Assembly (NCBI GenBank): GCA_963820825.1 | Contig: CAWGBN010000009.1 | Location: 32,001 to 96,000, forward strand | DNA length: 64,000 bases | Direction: 5' to 3' | Source of the DNA: Vulcanimicrobiota bacterium | GTDB taxonomy: Bacteria > Vulcanimicrobiota > Vulcanimicrobiia > Vulcanimicrobiales > Vulcanimicrobiaceae | Part shown: in pieces, positions 30,834-44,484 of the stretch | How the letters are laid out: each line of letters begins with the position of its first letter | Numbering within the stretch: the stretch's first letter is position 1 | The notes under the pieces: model-generated | Told to the model about the DNA's origin: nothing | The model's input: the letters and a program-made list of their open reading frames with translations, nothing else | The model's database searches: none | Program-made: the position numbers and the translations under genes

Positions 30834-32505
30834 TCGACGCAACGCTGCCGAGCAGCGCGCGCGCGTGGCGAAGCGCGGCGTCGTGCGATTCGCCCGAGAG
30901 CATTCGGGCGATCTCGGCTTCGCGATCTTTGCGGGCGTCGATCGGACGTACGACGATCGTCGTTTCACGCTTCGCCTCGAGCTTGTCGAGCACGTAGTGC
31001 CGATCGGCCCACGTCGCGAGCTGCGCGAGATGCGTCACGCAGACGACCTGGCCGCGCCGTGCGAGCTCGCCGATGCGCGCGCCGACGGCGGTAGCGGTCG
31101 CGCCGCCGATTCCCGCATCGATTTCGTCGAAGACCAGCGCGCTGCGCGCGTCGCGCGCGCCGGCGAGCACGACCACGAGCGCGAGCAACACCCGCGAGAG
31201 CTCTCCGCCCGACGCGACCCGCTGCAACGGACGCGCCGACTCGCCCGCATTCGCGGCGAAGAGAAACTCGGCGCGTTCCGCGCCGTGGGGGCCGATGCGT
31301 TCGAGCGGCTCGGTCGCCACCTCGAAGCCGCCGGAGCCGAGCGCAAGATCGGCAAACTCGCCGAGGATCCGTTTGCGCAGCCTCGCCGCGGCGCGCTTAC
31401 GCAGCGCCGTCAGCGCGGTCGCCGCTTCGCGCAGTTCGCGATGTGCGGCTGCGACCTGCTCTTCGAGGGCAGCCGCGCGCCGGTCGCGCCCTTCGTACTC
31501 GTCGATCGTACCGCGCGCCGCCTGCGCCGTTGCTGCGATCGCTTCCATCGAGCCGCCATATTTGCGCTGCAGTCGCTCGATCGAATCGAGGCGTGCGTTG
31601 ATCGCGTCGAGCTCGGCCGGATCGTATTCGGCGCCGTCGAGCGCGCGAGCGACGTCGGCGGCAAGCTCCACCGCCTCTGACTGCAGCGCCGCCGAGCGTT
31701 CGGCCATCTCCTTGAGTGCCGCTTCGTACGGAGCGATATTGGCGAGCGCACTCGCCGCGGCGCCGAGCGCGCTGGTCGCGCCGCCTTCCTCGGCGGCGAG
31801 CGCCTCGCTTGCGACGTGCAGCGAGGTCGCGATTCGCTCGACGTTATCGAGGAAGCCGCGCCGCTCGGTCAACCGTTCGCTTTCGCCGTGCTCGAGTCGC
31901 GCCGCCTCGATCTCCTGCAGCGCAAAGGATGCGTCGTCGTAGCGTTCGCGCAGCCGCCGTTCGTCTTGGCTGAGCCGCGCCAGCAGTTCGGCCGCCGCTT
32001 CCGCGCGCGCGTAGGCGGCGGAAACCTCGCCGCGCAGCGCGATCGCCGGTTCCCCGGCGAACCGGTCGAGCAGTTCCAGATGATAGCTCGCCGAGAGCAG
32101 GCGGTGTGCTTCGTGCTGGCCGACGATCTCGGCGATTGCATCGCGCAGTTCGCGGACGTACGCGGCGGTCGCCGCCCGTCCGTTGACGCGCAGGCTCGAT
32201 CGCCCCGCATCGGTCATCTCGCGCGCGACCGTCGCGCTTTCACCAGGATCGAGCTCGAAGCCGTCGGCAGCGAATCGTTCGCGCAGCGGCTCGCCGGCGT
32301 CGAATACGAGCGTGACGAGGGCGCGGCGGGCGCCGCGCCGCACGACGTCCGCGCCGGCGCGAGCACCGAGCGCAAAATCGAGCGCGCCGATCAACATCGT
32401 CTTGCCCGAGCCGGTCTCGCCGGTAAAGACCGTCGCACCGCCGGCAAACTCGACCTCGGCGCGCTCGATCAGACCGTAACACTCGATCAGGAGCTGCCGC
32501 AACAT
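30811..32505 (-). CDS. recN: DNA repair protein RecN
   Basis: TGETGSGKT, ASGGELSR, FDEIDAGIGG, VTHLAQLA, EIARML. Confidence 0.93.
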   Translation of the reverse strand: MLRQLLIECYGLIERAEVEFAGGATVFTGETGSGKTMLIGALDFALGARAGADVVRRGARRALVTLVFDAGEPLRERFAADGFELDPGESATVAREMTDAGRSSLRVNGRAATAAYVRELRDAIAEIVGQHEAHRLLSASYHLELLDRFAGEPAIALRGEVSAAYARAEAAAELLARLSQDERRLRERYDDASFALQEIEAARLEHGESERLTERRGFLDNVERIATSLHVASEALAAEEGGATSALGAAASALANIAPYEAALKEMAERSAALQSEAVELAADVARALDGAEYDPAELDAINARLDSIERLQRKYGGSMEAIAATAQAARGTIDEYEGRDRRAAALEEQVAAAHRELREAATALTALRKRAAARLRKRILGEFADLALGSGGFEVATEPLERIGPHGAERAEFLFAANAGESARPLQRVASGGELSRVLLALVVVLAGARDARSALVFDEIDAGIGGATATAVGARIGELARRGQVVCVTHLAQLATWADRHYVLDKLEAKRETTIVVRPIDARKDREAEIARMLSGESHDAALRHARALLGSVASTRVSGGS

Positions 32506-32520
32506 GCTCTACGAATGATC

Positions 32521-33357
32521 TTAACGACGAGGGTCCTTGATGGAAACGCCCCAGAGCATCTTCGCCTCGAGACGCTCGAGAAAATGCAGCGGCGCGGTGC
32601 GCGCAAAGCGGACGCGCTTGGGATGACAGCGCACGACGACGCTCGAACTCGGAGCGACTTCGCTGAGCACGTCGCCGTCGCACTCGAGGTGCGCTTGCGC
32701 GGCCTCGGTATCGGAGCTGATCTCGATGCGCGAGGTCATCGGCACGATCAGCGGACGCGAGAAGAGCGTGTGCGGCAGGAGCGGCACGACGCCGAAGGCG
32801 GCGACGCTCGGGGCGATCAGCGAGCCGCCGGCCGAAAGGAAGTACGCGGTCGAGCCGGTCGGGGTGGCGATGCAGATTCCGTCCGCCGCGATCTGCGTTG
32901 GGGCGCCGTCGTCGACGCGCAAGCCGAAGGGGACGAGCCGAGAGACCTCGCCTTTGCGCACGACGACGTCGTTGAGCGCGAAGAAACGCCCGTCGCCGTA
33001 CTCGGCCTGCAGAGCGGTGCGCTCGTCCATCACCAGACCGCGCGTCACCAGCGCCGGTAGATCGGCGAGGCGCGGATCGTCCTCGTCGAGTTCGGTCAAG
33101 AATCCCAGGCGGCCGGTGTTGATGCCGAGCAGCGGAACGTCGTGCTCCACGGCGAGCCGCGCAGCGCGCAGCAGCGTGCCGTCGCCGCCGACGGTGATAA
33201 GCAGCGAGGCGGCGGGTGCACCAGCCCGATCGACGACGTCGAAACCGCTCGCGCGAAAGTCGGTCGCGATGCGCGTCGCGATCGTCCGCGCGTGCTCGCG
33301 CTCGGTATCGACGTAGAGTGCAATGACCTTCTTCTCAACGGCCGGCATCGTCGTCAT
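32521..33357 (-). CDS. nadK: NAD(+) kinase
   Basis: GGDGTLL, GINTGRLGFL, ALND, ATPTGSTAY. Confidence 0.95.
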   Translation of the reverse strand: MTTMPAVEKKVIALYVDTEREHARTIATRIATDFRASGFDVVDRAGAPAASLLITVGGDGTLLRAARLAVEHDVPLLGINTGRLGFLTELDEDDPRLADLPALVTRGLVMDERTALQAEYGDGRFFALNDVVVRKGEVSRLVPFGLRVDDGAPTQIAADGICIATPTGSTAYFLSAGGSLIAPSVAAFGVVPLLPHTLFSRPLIVPMTSRIEISSDTEAAQAHLECDGDVLSEVAPSSSVVVRCHPKRVRFARTAPLHFLERLEAKMLWGVSIKDPRR

Positions 33358-34136
33358 CTGCCGCTCTCTTCGCCGAGGACCGTCTCGAGTCGTGCGTCGT
33401 CGAACGGCCTTCCCGCCCGGAGCAGCTCCATGAGAAACTCGCGATTTCCGGCCGGCCCTCGCAAGGGCGATTCGGCGAGCGCGACGGGAACGAGGCCGAG
33501 CGCGGCCGCCGCTTCGCGGAGCTCCCGGAGAACGGCCCGGTGGGTGGCGCGATCGTGCACGACGCCGCCCGCACCGACTCGTTCGCGGCCCGCTTCGAAC
33601 TGCGGCTTGACGAGCGCGACGATGACGCCGCCGGTACGCAGGTACGCAACCGCGCGCTCCAAGATCGTTCGCAGCGAGATGAACGACGCGTCGATCGCGA
33701 TGAAATCGAAACCCTGCGGGAATGCGTCGCCGGCGAGCAGCCGGAAGTTCACGCGCTCCATTACCACCACGCGCGGATCGTTGCGCAGACGCCAATCGAG
33801 CTGCCCGTAGCCTACGTCGACGGCGGTCACGCGCGCCGCACCGCGCTGCAGCAGGCAATCGGTAAATCCGCCGGTCGATGCGCCGACGTCGAGCGCCTCG
33901 AGGCCGCGAACCTCGATTGCAAACTCGTCCAACGCGCGCTCCAGCTTCTCTCCGCCGCGGCTGACGAATCGCCGGGGGCGCTCGATCTCGATGCGCGCGC
34001 CGGGAGCGATGCTCTGGCCGGCCTTGGTTGCGACGACGCCCTCAACGCTGACGCGCCCTTCCATGATCAGGCTGCGCGCTTGCGAGCGCGTCATCTTTTC
34101 ACGCTCCGCCACCGCCTCGTCGAGCCGAACCTTCAC
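33354..34136 (-). CDS. tlyA: TlyA-family rRNA methyltransferase
   Basis: S4 domain, VSRGGEKL, DVGASTGGFTD, LVKPQFE. Confidence 0.95.
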   Translation of the reverse strand: MKVRLDEAVAEREKMTRSQARSLIMEGRVSVEGVVATKAGQSIAPGARIEIERPRRFVSRGGEKLERALDEFAIEVRGLEALDVGASTGGFTDCLLQRGAARVTAVDVGYGQLDWRLRNDPRVVVMERVNFRLLAGDAFPQGFDFIAIDASFISLRTILERAVAYLRTGGVIVALVKPQFEAGRERVGAGGVVHDRATHRAVLRELREAAAALGLVPVALAESPLRGPAGNREFLMELLRAGRPFDDARLETVLGEESGR

Positions 34137-34257
34137 GTTCGTTCGATTCCGAAGCCGGCATTGCAGACCTGGCGCGCGCCGTCACGGCGCGCGTAGCGCG
34201 CGCGCTATAGAGGCGTCGCCATGAAACTTCCGGCGCCGTGCCGAGACAATTCGTTAG

Positions 34258-34319
34258 GCAACCGAAGGGTTGCGTTTTAGCGAAGGCTGTGATAGGCTGA
34301 CATGCAACCAGGAGGTTGC
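34258..34319 (+). promoter_or_regulatory. Two GCAACC-N4-GGTTGC operators flanking the promoter of the SRPBCC-ArsR pair
   Basis: Copies at 34258-34273 and 34304-34319; TTGCGT-17-TAGGCT between them. Confidence 0.7.
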
Positions 34320-34322
34320 GTA

Positions 34323-34820
34323 ATGACGACAACGACCAATCGAATCGAAAAGCGCGTGCTCTTGCGCGCGCCCCAAGAGCGCGTTTGGCGCGCGATCAGC
34401 AATGCATCGGAGTTCGGCGCGTGGTTCGGCGTGGAACTCGACGGCTCGTTCGCTCGGGGAGTGCGAATGACGGGTCGCATCACACCGACCCAAGTCGATC
34501 CCGACGTTGCCCGAACGCAGGAGCAATATCGCGGCACGCCGCTGGAGTTCTACGTCGAGCGCGTCGAACCGATGAGCCTCTTCTCGTTTCGCTGGCATCC
34601 GTTTGCGATCGATCGCACGGTCGACTATTCAAACGAGCCGATGACGCTCGTGACCTTTACGCTCGAGCCGGCCGACGGCGGCACCATGCTCACGATCGTC
34701 GAGTCGGGCTTCGACGCGATACCCATCGCGCGTCGCGCCGATGCCTTCGAAGCGAACGACGAAGGTTGGAGCTTGATCGTGCAGCTCGTCGAGAAGTATC
34801 TTCAGAAGCCGCGATCGTGA
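34323..34820 (+). CDS. SRPBCC/AHSA1 (START-like) protein
   Basis: APQERVWRAI, WFG, FSFRWHP, LTIVESGF, GW. Confidence 0.9.
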   Translation: MTTTTNRIEKRVLLRAPQERVWRAISNASEFGAWFGVELDGSFARGVRMTGRITPTQVDPDVARTQEQYRGTPLEFYVERVEPMSLFSFRWHPFAIDRTVDYSNEPMTLVTFTLEPADGGTMLTIVESGFDAIPIARRADAFEANDEGWSLIVQLVEKYLQKPRS

Positions 34821-35125
34821 GCGTCGCCCCGGTCCTTGCAGCGCTCGGTGACGAATCGCGCCTGCAAATCGTCAGAAAACTCTGCAAGAGCGGGCCGCTC
34901 TCGATTACCAAGCTCACCGAAGGCGCCGCGATTTCGCGTCAGGCGGTCACCAAACACCTGCACGCCCTCAACAAGGCGGGCTTGGTGCGCAGCGAGCGTC
35001 AAGGCCGGCTACGAATTTGGAAGCTCGAGCCGAAGCGCTTCGATGAAGTGCGACGCTACTTAGCGCTGATCTCCGAGCAGTGGGACGACGCGATCGGCCG
35101 GCTCAAAGCCGCCGTAGAAGAGTAG
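34817..35125 (+). CDS. ArsR/SmtB-family transcriptional regulator
   Basis: ALGDESRLQI, ISRQAVTKHL..L..AGLV, WDDAIGRLK. Confidence 0.9.
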   Translation: MSVAPVLAALGDESRLQIVRKLCKSGPLSITKLTEGAAISRQAVTKHLHALNKAGLVRSERQGRLRIWKLEPKRFDEVRRYLALISEQWDDAIGRLKAAVEE

Positions 35126-35192
35126 CTGGTGCGTGGCTAACCTGCCGCTCCGGCAACGAGAACGCAGTGCTCATCGCCCAAACCCTTAAGCG

Positions 35193-35444
35193 TTAAAATG
35201 GAATCTGGTCGTCGAGTTCGTCGAGTTTTGGGGATCCGGGGCTTTTCTTCGGTTCGGCCATCGCTTCGTCGATTTGAGTCTGCGCGCTTTTCAGCAGCGC
35301 TTCGCACTCGCGCGCGAGCGTCTTACCCTCTTTGAAGAGTTCGGTCGCGCGCTGCAGTTCGACCGTCCCACCCTCGAGCTCTTTGACGATCGCGTCGATG
35401 CGCGCCAGCTTCTGCTCGAACGTCTTCGGTAGGCGGTCGCTCAT
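35193..35444 (-). CDS. xseB: Exodeoxyribonuclease VII small subunit
   Basis: TFEQKLARID.IV.ELE.G...L....ELF.EG..L...C. Confidence 0.9.
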   Translation of the reverse strand: MSDRLPKTFEQKLARIDAIVKELEGGTVELQRATELFKEGKTLARECEALLKSAQTQIDEAMAEPKKSPGSPKLDELDDQIPF

Positions 35445-36702
35445 TCTGCGCAGACCGATTCCACGCGGGCCGCGAACGTCCCGCGTTTCACGCGCGCACT
35501 CACCGCATCCCCGATCGCCAGTACCTCGGCATCGTGTACGGCGACGCCGTCCTTGGTGACGATCGCGTAGCCTCGGTCGAGTGGACGTAACGGGTTTTCG
35601 GCCTCGAGGGCAGCCTCCGCACGCTCGAGCCGCCGCGCGTAGCCCTGCGGTACTCGCTCGAATACGCGCGCGAGCGCGCCGTTGCTCCGCTCCAGATCGA
35701 CCCGCCACTGCGTGACGCGCGCCGCCGGACTCGATTGCTCGAGCCGGCGCTCGAGCGCGCGAGCTCGTTCCGCGCACCGCGTGACGAAGATTCGGCCTAC
35801 GTGGTCGAGCGCCAAAGACGAGAGGCGCGCACCCTGCGTTTTGGTCGCGAGCAACGACCGGTAGCCGCGATCGAGCGACTCGCGCAGCACCTGCAGCCTT
35901 TCGAAGGCGCGCAGCCATTCCTGCGCGAGCCGAACGGCAGCCGCGGTCGGCGTGGCGAGAGCGAGGTCCGCGACCTCGTCGGCGAGATGCCGGTCTCGCA
36001 AATGTCCCAACGCGGTGACGACCGGGTGTTTCGCGCGCAGGATGGCGCGAATCACCGGCTCGAGATTGAAGGTTAGGCGATCGTCGCGCGAGCCGCCGCC
36101 GCGCGTCAGCACGATGACGTCCACTTTCGCGCGCGACGCCCGGTCCATCGCCTCCGCGATCTCGATCTCGGCGCCTTTGCCCTGCACGCGCGTCGCGAAG
36201 AAGAGAATCTCCACGTGCGGCGCTTCGGCGCGGATGCGCCCTTCGAAGTCGGCGCGTGCATCGTCGTCGCTGGTCACGAGTGCGATCCGGCGCGGCATCG
36301 GCGGAACCTCGCGCTTTCTCGATGCATCGAAGGCGCCTTCGGCGCGAAGGCGCACGCGCAGTTCCTCGATTTGTGCGGCGAGCTTCCCTTCGCCCACGAG
36401 CGAGAGTGCAACCGCGCGAAGTTGATAGATCCCGCGGTTCGAACGGATCTCGATGCTGCCTTGCGCGCGAACGGTGATCCCGCGTTTGATCGGCGGAAAA
36501 TTTCGCGCCTCGTTCGCAAAGGAGAAACAGCTCAGGATCGCTTCACCTTCCTTGAGCGTCAGATTGAGGTGCCCTTCCCACCAGCGAATGTCGGTGATCT
36601 CACCGGTAATTGCGATGCGCTGTAAGACGGTGTGGCGCGCAACCATCCCGGCCAAGCGGCGCGAGAACTCGCCGACGGAGAGTTCGAGAACGCCTTCGTT
36701 AT

Positions 36703-36706
<4 letters not shown>
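35441..36706 (-). CDS. xseA: Exodeoxyribonuclease VII large subunit
   Basis: ITGEI, RVQG, RGGGS, ALGH..D, TPTAAA, P..PLDRGYAI. Confidence 0.92.
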
Positions 36707-38830
<2,124 letters not shown>

Positions 38831-38844
<14 letters not shown>

Positions 38845-39228
38845 TGGCCACCGCGCTGAGCACGCCGTTGACGAAACGTCCGGAATCCTCGGTCGAGAAA
38901 CGTTTGGCGAGCGCCACCGCTTCGTTGATCGCCACCGCCTTCGGCGTCTCCGGGCGGCAGTGCAGTTCGAATGTCCCCATCTCTAAGAGCAGCCGGTCGA
39001 TCGTCGGCAAACGTTCGATTGCCCAGCCCTCCAAGAGCGGACTGACGATGCGATCGGCCTCTTTTGCGTATTCGAGCGTACCCATCGCGAGTTCCTCGAC
39101 GAACGTGCGCTGCTCGCTATCTGCTCCCTCACCGACGATCTCGGCGACGGCATCGCGCGGCTCCCGGTCGCCGATGACGACCGAATAGAGCACTTGAAGC
39201 GCCTGTTCGCGAGCGACGCGCCGCGACG

Positions 39229-39232
<4 letters not shown>
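38831..39232 (-). CDS. nusB: Transcription antitermination factor NusB
   Basis: RRVAREQALQ, INEAVALAK.F, FVNGVL. Confidence 0.95.
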
Positions 39233-40608
<1,376 letters not shown>

Positions 40609-40609
40609 C

Positions 40610-41503
40610 TTACTTTCCTCGCGCGACCAAGAAGAGCGGCTGACCGTACTCAACCGGCATCGCGTCGGCGGTCGCGACGGAGACGAGGCGGCCCGAACCC
40701 ATACTGTGAATCGGCGTGCGAATGCCGAGGGCTTCGATGTAACCGAGCTCGCGATCGCCGTCGAGCATATCGCCCTCGACCGGGGCGGGCCGGCTCAAGT
40801 GGAAAATTCCGACGAGATCGGCTTTGATCGCATCGATGCGTTGCGCTGCAACCTCAGGCGCTTTCGTTTCGGTGCTTCCTGCAGGCGGACGAGGCGCTTT
40901 TGCCGCCGCGACGAGCTCGATCTCTCCCTGCGCGTCCTCCACCCGCACGCGAACCGCATCGGTCTGGGCGAGGAAGTGCGCGAGTGCGCGTACGCGCTCG
41001 CTCGCGAGCCCCCGTTCTTCGGACATCACGGTTACGCTTTCGCGCTCGACGCGGGCGACCCCCGCGAGCTCCGATTCATGCAGCGCGTCGCGCGACGCTT
41101 CGAAGCGATCGTCGATTTCGGCGAGCGGCACCAATACGAAGGCGCGCTCGCGCAGACGCGGATGCGGCACCCGTAGACCGGGTTCGTCGATCTCGCAATC
41201 GTCGAAGATCAAAAGGTCGAGATCGACGATGCGCGGACCCCAGCGCTCGCTTCGGACGCGTCCGAGCTCATCCTCGACCGCATGCAGACGGCGCAAGAGT
41301 GAGTGCGGCGACAACTCCGTCTCGATTAGCGCCACGGCATTGAGAAACCACGGCTGCTCGCGGTTTCCCCACGGCTCGGTTCGATAGAACGCCGAACGGC
41401 GCACGACCCTTCCGAGCTCGCACATCAACGCAAGCGCCCGCTCGACGTTCTCGAACCGATCGCCGAGATTGCTCCCGATCCCAACGTATGCCCGGTGGAT
41501 CAA
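40610..41503 (-). CDS. folK: HPPK (FolK) fused to a BCCP-like domain lacking the biotin lysine
   Basis: GIGSNLG, FLNAV, RWGPRIVDLDL, PHP...ERAFVL.PL, then an AccB-like region ending PVEYGQPLF with EALGI in place of EAMKM. Confidence 0.88.
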   Translation of the reverse strand: MIHRAYVGIGSNLGDRFENVERALALMCELGRVVRRSAFYRTEPWGNREQPWFLNAVALIETELSPHSLLRRLHAVEDELGRVRSERWGPRIVDLDLLIFDDCEIDEPGLRVPHPRLRERAFVLVPLAEIDDRFEASRDALHESELAGVARVERESVTVMSEERGLASERVRALAHFLAQTDAVRVRVEDAQGEIELVAAAKAPRPPAGSTETKAPEVAAQRIDAIKADLVGIFHLSRPAPVEGDMLDGDRELGYIEALGIRTPIHSMGSGRLVSVATADAMPVEYGQPLFLVARGK

Positions 41504-41865
41504 CGCGCTTCGAATCGTGGGTTCACCCGCTCGAGCGTCACGCTCGGCGTTGCGCCGTCGAGAATGCCCGGCTTAGAGAGGCTGACTCGCGCTCGCTCGA
41601 CGCGCCGGTCGGCGAAGACCGCATCGAGAAGATCGGCGCCGAGGCGCTCGAGGAGCGAATACGACGTGGTCGCGACGATGCGAACGAAGCGTTCGCGCAA
41701 CGCCGCGTAATCGAGGGTCTCCGCGAGATCGTCGCTTCGGCCGGCGGCGCTCAGATCGATCTCGACGGTGACGTCGATCTCGACGAGTTGACGCCGCGCG
41801 CGCTCCTGCGGCAGCGTACCGATCCGTCCATAGGCGCGGATGCCGCGCAGCGTCATGGAATCCAA
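41500..41865 (-). CDS. folB: Dihydroneopterin aldolase
   Basis: ER...Q, SDDL..TLDY, LLE, SKP; GGAGG RBS before a TTG start. Confidence 0.9.
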   Translation of the reverse strand: MDSMTLRGIRAYGRIGTLPQERARRQLVEIDVTVEIDLSAAGRSDDLAETLDYAALRERFVRIVATTSYSLLERLGADLLDAVFADRRVERARVSLSKPGILDGATPSVTLERVNPRFEAR

Positions 41866-42710
41866 TCGAGCGGCCTCCATCCGCGTGCGATCGCATCGGT
41901 GACGGCGGTTGCATCGCGCGCCGCCGCCACGTCGTGCACGCGAACCATATCGATGCCGGCGGCAATGGCCAGCGCGGTCGTCGCGACCGTGGCGTAGACG
42001 CGGTCGGCCGGCATCCGGCCGGTGAGCTTGCCGAGCGTCGACTTGCGCGACGTGCCGATCGTCGTGGGAAAGCCGAGCGCGACGATGCGGTCGAGCGACT
42101 TCAAAACGGCGATATTCTGCTCGGCGGTCTTTCCAAAACCGATTCCGGGATCGAGCACGATTCGTTCGGGCGCGATTCCTCGGGCCGTGGCGCGGGCCGC
42201 AGCATCGTCGAGATAGCGCACGACCGCGTCGACGACGGAACCATCGTACGACGTACCGATCTGATTGTGCATCGCGACAATCGGCATCGCCAGCTCGGCC
42301 GCGAGGTCCAAGAGTTCGTCGGGCGCTCCCCAGACGGAGTTGACGAGATCGGCGCCGGCGGCGTGCGCCGCACGGACGACTGCGGGCTTATAGCTGTCGA
42401 TCGAAATCGGCGCCTGCGGTAAGCGCGAGCGCACGGCGCGGATGACCGGCACGACGCGCGCGGCTTCGACGCCGGGACCGACGGCTTCGTGCCCCGGGCG
42501 GGTCGACTCACCGCCGATGTCGAGGATGTCGGCACCCTCGCTCCACTGAAGCGCGGCGCGGTCGGTCGCCGACGACGCATCTTCGAGACCGTCGCCGGAG
42601 AACGAATCCGGCGTAACGTTCACGATTCCCATGACGTAGGTTCGCGCGCCCCACTGCAGCTGCGCGCCGCGCAGGGGAAGACTCTTCAGACCGCGCTCGG
42701 TGCGTACCAT
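41853..42710 (-). CDS. folP: Dihydropteroate synthase
   Basis: MGIVNVTPDSFS, GGESTRPG, DPGIGFGK, SRKS, RVHDV. Confidence 0.96.
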   Translation of the reverse strand: MVRTERGLKSLPLRGAQLQWGARTYVMGIVNVTPDSFSGDGLEDASSATDRAALQWSEGADILDIGGESTRPGHEAVGPGVEAARVVPVIRAVRSRLPQAPISIDSYKPAVVRAAHAAGADLVNSVWGAPDELLDLAAELAMPIVAMHNQIGTSYDGSVVDAVVRYLDDAAARATARGIAPERIVLDPGIGFGKTAEQNIAVLKSLDRIVALGFPTTIGTSRKSTLGKLTGRMPADRVYATVATTALAIAAGIDMVRVHDVAAARDATAVTDAIARGWRPLDWIP

Positions 42711-44005
42711 TCGCGTAATCCGGCGACGACGAAGGTCGAGCCGGTGACGACGACAACCTCGTCGATTTGAGCGCGACGGCGCGCAACGGTCAGCGCTTCG
42801 AGCGGATCTTCGATCGTGCGCCCCCAGGTGCCGAGCGTCTCGGCGATTGCCGCGAGCCGCTGCGGCGGTATCGATCGCCGCCCCGCGACCGCAAACTTCG
42901 TAAAGGTGAAGGTCGACGGCAGCCGGGCGAGGATCTCGACGATGCGCCGCGCGTCTTTGGTTTCGCCGATCGCGACGACGTAATGAATTCGCCGGCCGCC
43001 GAACCGCTCGCGCAACGACGCGACCAAAGACTCGGCCTTCTCGGCGTTGTGCGCGATATCGAAGACTACGACGGGATCGCGCGCGATTACCTCCATCCGT
43101 CCCGGAATCGCCAGCTCGGCAAATGCGCGCACGAGCGCCTCGCGACTGGGGCGCAGGCCGTCGCCGAGTTGTTCGATTACGGCGATCGCCGTCGCCGCAT
43201 TCGTACGCTGAAAGATACCCAAGACCGGCAACTGCAGTCGATACGAGCCGAGAGCCGACCGCACCGTCAGCGTCTGCCCGGCAGCGTCGCCGTCGACGCT
43301 CTCGATCCGCACCGTTTCGGCAACGTTGACGACCGGAGCGCCTGCCTCGGCGGCATATCGCTCGATCACCGCCGCGATGCTCGCCGGCAGTGCTGCGAGC
43401 ACGAGCGGAACGCCGCGCTTGGCGATGCCGGCTTTCTCCCGGGCGATATCCTCGAGGGTGCTTCCGAGCACGTCGGTGTGATCGTATCCGATCGAGGTGA
43501 TCGCCGCGACGAGCGGGTGAATCACGTTCGTGCCGTCGAGCCTGCCGCCGAGCCCAACCTCGATCACCGCAACGTCGACTCGCTCCTGCGCGAAGTAGAG
43601 GAACGCGAGCGCGAGCAGCGTTTCATAATAGGTTGGGCGTCCGTGACTCGATGCCGTACGCTCGATGGCCGGCATCATCGCGTCGAGCAGCGCGACGAAA
43701 CGTTCGCGCGAAATGGGGACGCCGTCGATCCGAGCCCGCTCGGTCATCGAATGGAAGTGCGGCTTCGTGTGCAGACCGGTGCGCCGTCCGGCGGCCTGCA
43801 ACGCGCTTGCGATCATCGTCGAAGTCGATCCCTTTCCGCTCGTGCCGCCGACGTGGATCGTCGGATAGGCGCGGTGCGGATCGCCGAGCTCGGCGAGAAC
43901 GGCGCGCATGCGGTCGAGCTTATACGCGGTGCGCGGCGAGGCGATCTCGTCGATCGTGCCGAGCAGATACCGCTCGGCCTCCTCGTAGGTTGCGAAGCGG
44001 TTCAT
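42686..44005 (-). CDS. folC: Folylpolyglutamate synthase/dihydrofolate synthase
   Basis: HVGGTSGKGST, EVGLGGRLDGTN, DH...LG, PGR, DIAHN, TGS. Confidence 0.94.
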   Translation of the reverse strand: MNRFATYEEAERYLLGTIDEIASPRTAYKLDRMRAVLAELGDPHRAYPTIHVGGTSGKGSTSTMIASALQAAGRRTGLHTKPHFHSMTERARIDGVPISRERFVALLDAMMPAIERTASSHGRPTYYETLLALAFLYFAQERVDVAVIEVGLGGRLDGTNVIHPLVAAITSIGYDHTDVLGSTLEDIAREKAGIAKRGVPLVLAALPASIAAVIERYAAEAGAPVVNVAETVRIESVDGDAAGQTLTVRSALGSYRLQLPVLGIFQRTNAATAIAVIEQLGDGLRPSREALVRAFAELAIPGRMEVIARDPVVVFDIAHNAEKAESLVASLRERFGGRRIHYVVAIGETKDARRIVEILARLPSTFTFTKFAVAGRRSIPPQRLAAIAETLGTWGRTIEDPLEALTVARRRAQIDEVVVVTGSTFVVAGLREWYAPSAV

Positions 44006-44484
44006 CCGTCGACGACGCGATCGGCGAGCAGTTCGAGCGCGTGCGGGAGCACCGGCAGGAGCACGTCGAGCGTCTCCGCGACCGCCTTCGGACTCCCGGG
44101 AAGATTCACGATCAGCGTGCGGTCGCGGACGCCCGCGAGCGCGCGCGAGAGCATTGCGGTCTTCGTCTTCGCAATTGAAGCGGCGCGAATCGCCTCGGCG
44201 ATTCCGGGAACTTCGTAATCGAGAATCGCCGCCGTTGCCTGCGGCGTCCGGTCTCGCGGGGAGAGTCCGGTGCCGCCGCTGGTAAGAATCAAATCGGCCG
44301 CGTGAGAATCGGCGAGCTCGATGATCTCGGCTTGCAGCGCTGCGGGATCGTCGCCGATGACCCGTTCGCGCGCGATCGCATAGACCGGTTCGAGCCGTTC
44401 CTTCATGAGCGGGATGCACTCGTCGGCGCGCTCGCCCGAAGCGGCGCGATCCGAGAGCACGATCAGTGCGACTCTGAAGCTCAC
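44002..44484 (-). CDS. mog: Molybdopterin adenylyltransferase, Mog/MoaB family
   Basis: SDRA..G.R.D, TSGGTG..PRD.TP, NLPGSPKA. Confidence 0.9.
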   Translation of the reverse strand: MSFRVALIVLSDRAASGERADECIPLMKERLEPVYAIARERVIGDDPAALQAEIIELADSHAADLILTSGGTGLSPRDRTPQATAAILDYEVPGIAEAIRAASIAKTKTAMLSRALAGVRDRTLIVNLPGSPKAVAETLDVLLPVLPHALELLADRVVDG

